Part shown: positions 25,086 to 35,400 of the stretch, piece after piece
Layout of the letters: the number at the start of each line of letters is the position of its first letter
How positions within the stretch are numbered: position 1 is the first letter of the stretch
Assembly (NCBI RefSeq): GCF_001194135.2
Contig: NC_069000.1
Span: forward strand, 41,960,429 to 42,004,173
DNA length: 43,745 bases
Reading direction: 5' to 3'
Source of the DNA: Octopus bimaculoides
Taxonomy: Eukaryota
Notes under the pieces: generated by a model
Databases searched by the model: none
What the model saw: the letters and a program-made list of their open reading frames with translations, nothing else
What the model was told of the DNA's origin: nothing
Position numbers and translations under genes: made by a program

Positions 25086-28028
25086 GCACATCATCAGCAT
25101 TTATCTAGCGTCTGTTGTCCATGCTGGCATGGGTTGGATGGTTTGACTGGGCTGATACACTGGAAGGCTGCACTAGACTCCAGTCTGATTTGGCATGGTC
25201 TTCTATGGCTAGATGCCCTTCCTAATGCCAACCACTCCGAGAGTGTAATGGGTGCTTTTATGTGTCATCTGCATGGCACCAGTGTGCGTTTGTGTGTCAC
25301 TGGCATGGGTGACAATTTGTGTGACACTGGTATCTGTCACAATTGCAATTTTGCTTGGCATGATGGGTCTTCTTCTGAAGCACAACATAACGTCAATGGT
25401 CTTGGTTGTTGCTTCCGTGAGGCCTAATGCTTGAAAGGAACTCACCTGCTTTGCCTCTGTGAGGCCTAATGCTTGAAAGGAACTCACCTGCTTTGTCTCC
25501 ATGAGTCCCAACGTTCAAAAGATGTTCTTCACGTGCCACCAGCATGGGTGCATTTGGCTTAGGCCAACAAGTTTAGGGGAGGGGTTAAGCTGATTGCATT
25601 GACACCAGTGCTCAACTGGTACTTATGTTATTGACCCAGAACACACATCTAATTATATAGAAGAAACAAAAGAGTAGAATGTCCAGTGAATGTAGTCTAA
25701 TTGTAATAAATTTTGGTATTTTTCTGTTGTTTTGTAGATGATAAAAGAGATGCTATCAGTGACAGATTGAAACATGATTTTGTAAGTAAAGTTACTTTAG
25801 CATGTGATCTACAACTTAAAGGGAGATTACTTTAGGTTACTTTTTAGTTTACTTTTCAATTTCTAAAAACCTTTGACCCTTTTGTTACTGTATTTATTAT
25901 GAGATGCTCTGTGTTTCTTTCATTTACTTTAAATATAACAAAGAATTTAGTAAAATAACTTAGCTTTCATTCAGTTAATGTTAGGAACATAAATTGTGAC
26001 AAAGGTTTGGTGGAAGATTTTAATTCAAAACTTATAAAAACAAAACGTTTATACTACAGAGCCAGAGTCGGTTTCAGCCAGGTTGGTAACGAAAGGGTTA
26101 ACATGGCTAAAGTAGTTGATATCGATCTGGTGGGGTCGATGGCACTTTCCAAGGGGTCAATAAATGCACATCTACTTTATTATTTACTTATTTTCTTGTA
26201 CATACCTGGGAGTCAATGAGGGGTCAAGAATTCCATGAAGTGGTCGATGGTTTAAAAAGTTCAGGGACTCCTGCTTTAGAGCATCAGAAAGAAATGCTTA
26301 GTGGGTTTTTTTTCCAAATTTCTCTGTTCTGAGTTCTGATCCTGTTGAAATCAACTTTGCCTCTTAGACTTTGTGCCTTTGCTAGAAACTGTTGTTAATG
26401 TTGTTGTTAGCTTTATTTTAGAGATGAGGAATTTACATTTGACAGATATTTATCCTCATCTTGTTTGTTGTTAATATAACATTTCGGCTGATATACCTTC
26501 CAGCCTTCATCAGATGTCTTGGAGAAATTTCAAACCTGGGTTCTCATTCCTAAGGTATTTTTCAATGTTATTATTCAGGTCACTGCCTGGAATCAAACTC
26601 AGAATCTTGGGGTTAGTAGCCCACACTCTTAACCACTTGGACAATTATTTTAGGGCTTATAAATCTAATATTTTCTTATCCTTCCTTAATAGTAATAACA
26701 ATAATAACATCGAAAAATACCTTAGGAATGAGAACCCAGGTTCGAAATTTCCCCAAGACACCTGATGAAGGCTGGAGGGTATATCAGCTGAAACATTGTG
26801 TTAACAACAAACAAAATGGGGACAAATATCCGTCAAATGTAAGTAATGTTGTTGTTGTTGTTAACAATAAGAAATTGTTCAACAGTTTGAGATTTTTTGT
26901 TTGTTTACAATTTTTGATTTGTTTTTAAAATAATTTTTTTTTTTTTTTTTCCAGTTAGAACAGAGTGGGAAACTCAACAAACAAGTTGCAGATGAGGTAG
27001 GTCTTATATGTGTGTGTATGNNNNNNNNNNTGTGTGTGTCCCCATCACTGTTGTCATTATTGTATAACCCCAGGTCAGCTCTGGTTCAGCAGCACACTCA
27101 TGTTTCAGGAATATTGTGCCTCTGCCTAACAGAGAACCATGATGCACACTCTGACACTGTCTACATTCTGTATTATGTCCATCACAGACTTTCATACTTA
27201 TGTTGTTTCTTTTTATTGCAACCACCAGTAAAATTCTGTTATGTCTCAAGCTACTACTATCTAGCACCTTTAGATGATCTCTATTCGACGGCTACTACAC
27301 AGCTACTCAACAGTCACTCAACTCCTCTACCACGGCTAGACTACCTCTATTTATATGTCTTGGGCGATCCTACTTCTTTGCTTGGGAGCGTCGACACAAG
27401 TTCAAAGGTCACTTTGAAATTTACTACTATTTTGAGGATATTTAAGCTTTTCCAAGGCAATTATACTAAAACTGACTAATCACTTCTTTTACTTTATATT
27501 ACTAAAGATTAAGCAGTGTGTATAATACACGTGCTCACAAAGTCCAATCCTTGTTGTGTAGTGACTTGTATGCCTTAGTAACCCTGAGAATTATACCAGT
27601 AGAAAGCAAGCTCCTGGCAGGTCTTTCCATGCTGGACCACTTCTTCCTAGAGGTAAAAATAAGTTGACATAGGATCAACATCCTTACTTAGAAAAAAGTT
27701 ACAGAAACACTGATAATTCAAAATCGACAAGACAAGGGAGAGAAAAAAAAAGTTTGAAGCCGGGAGAAAAGGCATTGATGGCCATAGGGAACAAAGGGCT
27801 TAAAAAGATGATGGTAGTTATGAAATATTTTTCAGGGGTTCCCTTGGTTATAATTAACCATTTAGTGTTCAGATCACTCTGTTACATATAATACTTTTTT
27901 TACCAACCACATGGGTCTAGGTTCAGTTCCACTGCGTGGCACCTTGGGCAAGTGTCTTCTACTATAGCCTCAGGCCGACCAAAGCCTTGTGGGTGGATTT
28001 GGTAGACTGAAACTGAAAGAAGCACATC

Positions 28029-28074
<46 letters not shown>

Positions 28075-29398
28075 NNNNNNNNNNNNNNNNNNNNNNNNNN
28101 NNNNNNNNNNNNNNNNNNNNNNNNNNNNNNGTGTGTGTGTGTGTCTCCCAGCCATTGCTTGACGGCCAATGTTGGTGTGTTTATATCCCCCTAACTTAGC
28201 AGTTCGGCAAAAGAGACTGATAGAATAAGTACTCAGCTTACAAAGAATAAGTCCTGGGGTAGATTTGTTTGACTAAAGGCAGTGCTCCAGCATGGCCGCA
28301 GTCAAATGACTGAAACAAATAAGAGTTAATCATGCATTACTTCATAGGTTTGAGGTATCATTTATGTGATTGTTTATTTTTAGAATGACATTGTAGGGTA
28401 GGTATGAGAGGCTGGATATGGCCAGTTTGAATGTAAAACATGTGGAATATCTGGGTCAGATGTGGCTGGTTAAACTGCTAAAATACTTAGGATTCACTTT
28501 ATAGATGAATAAATATCATAATTTCTCATTTGTGGCATCGTTTTTAATCTTATTTTTGTTTGTTTTAGTATCTTCCACCAGAAAGTTCTGATATTACATA
28601 CCTTAAAGGACACAAGCTACCAATCACCTGTATTGTAATCACTCCAGATAATAACTATATTTTCAGTGCTTCCAAAGATTGCTCCATTATCAAATGTAAG
28701 CCTTTTGGATCTTTTTTTTGTTGTCTTTTTCCATGTAGCTTATCTTTTGCAGTCTGTGTGTGTGTTCTTGTGAGTTCCTGTACATTCATGTTGTGGTTAT
28801 ATTTCCAAATTTGTTAGTGTATGTATGTGTGACTCTTTCTCACATATGGTGTGGTTATGTGTTACATATGAATGAGGAGAGCTATGTGAGGAAGTGCCAC
28901 TCCCTAACTGTAGAAGTAGACCCAAGAAGACATGGGATGAGGTGGTGAAGCATAACCTTTGAACATTGGGCCTCACAGAGGCAATGATAGGAAACTGGGA
29001 CCTTTGGAGATACGCTGAAATCGAGAAGACCCGGTAACTAAAGTGAAATCGCAGCCACGAATGTCTGGCCCTGTTAAGAGTACCCCTGATGTGTCGGGTG
29101 ATAGGATATACTTGAGAAGACCTGTTGAGTCAAGTAAAACCAATATTGTAGCCCTGGCCAGTACCCACTGACTGGCCCCCATGCCGATGGCACATAAAAA
29201 ACATGATCTATGCCAGGCCCGCCTGACTGGCTCCTGTGCTGGTGGAAGGTAAAAAGCACCCACTACACTCTTTGAGTGGCTGGCTTTAGGAAGGGCATCC
29301 AGCTGTACAAACATTGCCAAATCAGATTGGAGCCTGGTGCAGCTGCTAGCTCTTGGGGAAATTTCAAACCTGGGTTCTCATTCCTAAGGTATTTATCA

Positions 29399-29435
<37 letters not shown>

Positions 29436-32400
29436 GATTATTATTATTATTATTCAGGTCACTGCCTGGAAACGAACTTGGAATCTTGGTGTTAGTAGCC
29501 TGCACTCTTAACCACTACGCCATATGCCTGTGGGCTTTTTTTTTCTTATTTTTTTAGTTGATGTTTTTTCCAACGGTTGTAATGGATCCTCGCACTACGC
29601 CATATGCCCATGGGCATATGGTGTAGTGGTTAAAAGCGTGGGCTACTAACTCCAAGATTCCGAGTTCGATTCCAGGCAGTGACTTGAATAACAACAACAA
29701 CAACAATAATAATAATAACATCGAAAAATACCTTAGGAATGCGAACCCAGGTTCGAAATTTCTGCAAGACACCTGATGGAAGCTGGAGAGTATATCAGCT
29801 GAAACGTTGTGTTAACAACAAACAAGATGAGGACAAATATACGTCAATTGTAAATAATGTAATTTTGTCTTGTTANNNNNNNNNNNNNNNNNNNNNNNNN
29901 NNNNNNNNNNNNNNNNNNNNNNNNNNNNNNNNNNNNNNNNNNNNNNNNNNNNNNNNNNNNNNNNNNNNNNNNNNNNNNNNNNNNNNNNNNNNNNNNNNNN
30001 NNNNNNNNNNNNNNNNNNNNNNNNNNNNNNNNNNNNNNNNNNNNNNNNNNNNNNNNNNNNNNNNNNNNNNNNNNNNNNNNNNNNNNNNNNNNNNNNNNNN
30101 NNNNNNNNNNNNNNNNNNNNNNNNNNNNNNNNNNNNNNNNNNNNNNNNNNNNNNNNNNNNNNNNNNNNNNNNNNNNNNNNNNNNNNNNNNNNNNNNNNNN
30201 NNNNNNNNNNNNNNNNNNNNNNNNNNNNNNNNNNNNNNNNNNNNNNNNNNNNNNNNNNAGGTTGAAAATAAACAGTTCAATCAACTTCATTTTGGTAACA
30301 TTTAAAGGATTGTCTCCTGCTTCTTCTTCAGTTCAATGTTTGTGATTTTTGTTGTCTTTAAAGGTGTCTGGTGACAAGAGTAAGTTAATACACATCTGGA
30401 ATCCAACCAATTGTCAGCATATACAAACGTTTAAAGGTCACCGCGATGCTATCACAGTAAGTCTTCGAACATTCTGCTTGCATTTCTCCCTCCTTCCACC
30501 CCTCCGTCAAAGAACGCACAAGTCCTTTCATACACACACAGACACACAAGTATGCACACACGACGGGAACTTCCACTGACCAACTTCAATCACAAGGCTT
30601 TGGTCAGCCCAAGGACATTGTAGAAGATACTTGCCCAAGGTGCCACACAATGGAATTGAACCCGAAACCATGGGGTTGAGAAGTAAGCTTCATTATTCAT
30701 TCTGAGTGTGAGTATATCTATCTGCATAGCTGTGTACCTGTCTATTCGCTGCCCCAGCGATTAACATGAAAGTGTGATATCATCATCATCATTTAACATC
30801 TGTTTTTCCATTCTGGCATGGGTTGGATGGGTTGCACCACGTTCCATAGTCTATTTTGGCTTGGTTCCTACAGCTGGATGCCCTTCTTAATACCAATCAC
30901 TTTACAGAGTGTACTGGATGCTTTTTGCATGGTGCCATCACCAGTGTTTTTTTTTTTCTGTACATGGCACCAGCACGAATGCTTTTTATGTGGCACCAGT
31001 CACTTCCTCAGAGGAAGAATTTAAATAATTAAAAACAAGAGAGAACACCGGCAAGCATACACACACACACATTGTTATAAACTCATAATAATGTATACTC
31101 CTGAAAAAGTAATAAAAGCTAGATGAATGAACAGTGTGTCTGTGTTCTGTGCAGTTAGTATGACTGACCGAAGGCAGCTATGAGTTATCACATTTGTTAT
31201 TATGAAAAAATTAAAAAAATGTTTTTGGTGTATTATTAACCCATTAGCATTTAAACTGGCCATATCCAGCCCAAATATTCTCCCTGCTTTATGTTGATTC
31301 TATCAAGATCTGGCCTCTTACACCTACCCTAGAATGTCATTTTAAAAATAAACATTCTAAAAATCACACCATCAAAATCTCATCGTTACAAAATAATTCA
31401 GTATAAATTGAAAACTATGTGAATAAACACAAGTTACGGCTGACAAAGAAATCTGAATTCTAAAAGTTTAACCCTTTTGTTTCCATATTTCTGTTGAGAT
31501 GCTCTCTGTTTCTTTCAATCAATTTTAAATATAACAAAGAATTTAGTAAACTAACTTCGTTATCATTAAGCTAGTGTTAGGAACATAAATTGTGACTAAG
31601 GTTTGGGGGAAGATTTTAATTCAGAACTTTTGAAAACAAGACATTTGTACTACAGAATCAGAAGTGGTTTCAGCCAGTTTGGTATCAAAAGGATTAAGAA
31701 TTGTTTCTCTATTATATATTTTAACCCTTTTGTTACTGTATTTATTTTGAGATGCTCTCTGTTTCTTTTAATTACTTTAAATATAACAAAGAATTTAGTA
31801 AAATAACTTAGTTATCATTCAGCTAGTGTTAGGAACATAAATTGTGACTAAGGTTTGGTGGAAGATTTTAATTCAAAACTTTTGAAAACCAGACATTTGT
31901 ACTACAAAACCAGAGTCGGTTTCAGTCAGGTTAGTAATGAAAGGGTTAAATTGGCCATATCTGACCCAAATATTCAACCTGTTTTATGTTCAAACTGCCA
32001 AGATCTGGCCTCTTACACTTACCTTACATTGTCATTCTAAAAATAAACAATCACATCATTGAAGTCTCAAAACTACAAGATTATCAGCATAATTAATTCA
32101 AAACAATATGAATAAATAAATATTACATTTGACAGAATAATTTGAATGTTAAAGGACTAAACATTAAAACCATTTTTTGTTGTTTTGTTATTATTGTAAT
32201 CTCTCGTTCAATTTACTAATCTTTAATTCTATACTTATTCTCTAATTCCATTCGTTTCTTCAGGGTTTAGCATTCCGGAAGAATACTCACCAGATGTTTA
32301 GCTGTTCCCAAGACCGTTCTGTGAAAGTATGGGATTTAGACCAGATGTCTTATGTTGAAACACTGTAAGTTGGTAGCGCCATCTTCCCTGATCCAAGAAT

Positions 32401-35400
32401 TCTTCCTAATTTACTTTTTTAGAAACTGCTTAGAAATAATATCAATTTGTTATTTATAGGCACCGGTGTGGCTGTGTGGTAAGATGCTTGGTTCTGGGTT
32501 CAGTCCCACAGCGTGGCACTTTGTGCAAGTATCTGCTATAGACTTGGGCTGACCAAAGCCCTGTGAGTAGATTTGGTTGATGGAAACTGAAAGAAGCCCA
32601 TTGTATATGTGTGTATAATTTTAAATGTAACAAAGAATTTAGTGAAATAACAGTTATCATTAAGGAACATAAATTGTGACTAAGGTTTGGAAGATTTTAA
32701 ATCAGAAGTTGTGAAAACACGACAGAGCCAGAAGTAGTTTCAGCCAGGTTGGTATCAAAAGGGTTAAACAACAGCCAAAGGCTTTAGTAAGAAACACTTC
32801 CACAAGGTGCCACACTGAGGGATTGAACCACACATCCATGTCTGTGCCTGCCCTTAACCCTAATTATTCTCAAACTCTTTTGTGTTTCCAGTTTTGGCCA
32901 CCAAGACACAATAACTGGTATCGACTGTCTGACAAGAGAGAGAGCTTTGACCTCTGGAGGTCGAGATGGTTCCGTTCGTATTTGGAAGATTCTAGAAGAA
33001 TCGCAGTTAGTTTTCAATGGTCACAAGTAAGTTAAACAATCCATTTGTTTCATTTATCATCTTATTTTTTTATACCCCATCATCGTCATTATTTATTATT
33101 ATTGTTTTAAAATTGCCAGTACCGCCTGACTGGCCTTCGTGCCGGTGGCACGTAAAAGCACCCACTACACTCTGAGTGGTTGGCGTTAGGAAGGGCATCC
33201 AGCTGTAGAAACTCTGCCAAATCAGATTGGAGCCTGGTGTAGCCATCTGGTTTCACCAGCCCTCAGTCAAATCGTCCAACCCATGCTAGCATGGAAAGCA
33301 GACGTTAAAGAATGATGATGATGATGAATAATAGTAATGATAATAGTAATAATAATAATAATTATAATTCTTTTTTTTTTAATTTCAGAGGTTCTATTGA
33401 TTGCATTTCACTAATTAACGACTCGTGTTTTATATCTGGTGGAGATGATAAGTATGATCTTTGTTCTGTCTTTTTGGCCCTTTTTCTTTCCTTCTTTCTT
33501 TTCTCTTTCTCACCTTTCATTTTTCTTATTTCTTCAATTCTGTTGGTATTGAACCTGGTCATATCCAGCCTAAATATTCCACATGTTTTATGTTGACATT
33601 GGCTGGATATGGTCTCTCACGCCTACCCCACAATGTCATTCTAAAACTTAACAATCATAGACACAGTTATGGCTGTGTGGTTAAGAAGCTTGCTTCCCAA
33701 CCACATGGTTCTGGGTTCAGTCCTACTGTGTGGCATCTTTAGGAAATTATAGCTTTGGATCGACCAAAGCCTTGTAAGTAGATTTGGTTGACGGAAAGTG
33801 AAAGAAGCCTGTCATATATATATACAGGAGTGGCTGTGTGGTAAGTAGCTTGCTTACCAACCACATGGTTCTGGTTTCAGTCCCACTGCATGGCACCTTG
33901 GGCAAGTGGATTTGGTAGACGGAAACTGAAAAGTAGCCTGTCTCGTATTTATATATGCGTGTGTTTGTGTTTGTCCCCCCCATCATCGCTTTACAACCGG
34001 TGCTGGTGTGTTTACGTACCCGTAACTTAATGGTTCGGCAAAAAGAGACCGATAGAATAAGTACTAGGCTTACAAAGAATAAGTCCTGGGGTCGATTTGC
34101 TTGACTAAAGGCGGTGCTCCAGCATGGCCACAGTCCAATGACTAACACTAATAAAGGGAAAAGGATGTGTGTGTCTGTTTGTCCCCCTCCACCACTTGAC
34201 AACCGATGTTGGTTTGTTTACATTCCCATAGCTTAGTGGTTCAGCAGAAGAGACCAATAGAATAAGTACCAGGCTTAACAAAAGAAGAAAATAAATTCTG
34301 GGCGTCGATACATTTGAGTCAAAATTCTTCAAGGTGGTGCCCCAGCATGGTCGCAGTCTCTAATGACTGAAACAAGTAAAAATCAAAAAAAAAAAAATCA
34401 AATCTTATGCTTTGTAAGCCTTGTACTTATTCTATTGTCTTCTCCCTGTACATGTGAGCATGATTCGATTTGAGGCAGGTTTGGCTGCTATTTCTTGCAA
34501 GTCCACGAAAATACAGTCTTGTTGGTTTTCATGGCATTAGGGCCTCATGGAGGTGATAAGTGACTGAGACCTTAAGTGACATGCTGTGCTTGAGAAGTCT
34601 CATCAAGCTGTGGCCAATGCCAGTATCACATAACTGGCACATAAAAAGCACCCACTACACTCTCGGAGTGGTTGGCGTTAGGAAGGGCTTCCAGCTGTAG
34701 AAAACCATGCCAAATCAGACTGGGACCTGAAGTAGCTCTCTGGCTTAACTGTTTTCGATCAAACCATCCGACCCCCATGCCAGCATGGAAAGCAGACACT
34801 AGATGATGATGATGATGATGGTTAGTTCTAGTGATAGTAGTGGAGTAACATCTGTCAGTATATTAGGCTTGCTCATTATTTACATTATTTACATTTGACG
34901 GATATTTGTCCTCATCTCATGTGTTGCTAACACGTTTCGGCTGAGCCTTCATCAGGTGTCTTGGGGGCAATTTCGAACCTGGGTTCTCATTCCTAAGGTA
35001 TTTTTCTATATTATTATTATTATTATTATTTAGGTCACTATTTGGAATCGAACTAGGTATCTTGGTGTTAGTAGCCCGTGTTCTTAACCACTACACCATG
35101 TGCCCACGGTTAAGTGCGCAGGCTACGAACCCCAAGATTCCAAGTTCAACTCCAGGCATTGAACTGAATAATAATAATAACATTGAAAAATACTTTAGGA
35201 ATGAGAACCCAGGTTCGAAATTTCCCCAAAGACACCTGATGAAAGCTGGAGGGTATATCAGTCGAAATGTTGTGTTAACAACAAACAAGATGAGGACTAA
35301 TATCCATCAAATGTAGATAATGTAAATAATTCCTCATCTCTTAAATAAAGACTTGTATTAGGCTTGCTGTTTCCATTAATTACTTATCCAATTTAATTCT

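Larger units (their letters stand above)
26415..26849. mobile_element. Inverted pair of the hammerhead-SINE (minus copy 26415-26637, headless plus copy about 26695-26849)
   Basis: Both copies align by eye to 29611-29862 in opposite orientations. Confidence 0.78.

Noticed and set aside
25209-25511. ORF with a repeated LGLTEAKQVSSFQA peptide
   Set aside because: Results from a 42-bp tandem duplication inside a decayed RTE remnant.
27012-27479. 155-aa plus-strand ORF in RRP9 intron 5
   Set aside because: Starts in a microsatellite/gap, has no recognisable motif and is not needed for the RRP9 frame.
29341-29360. SINE truncation as a ribozyme cleavage product
   Set aside because: The copy ends 5' of the CUGAUGA core, whereas predicted cleavage is about 40 nt further 3', so the breakpoint does not match.
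26415-35355. Regularly recurring repeats read as a CRISPR array or prokaryotic system
   Set aside because: Spliceosomal introns and dispersed SINE/MITE copies; no repeat-spacer periodicity and no cas-like ORFs.
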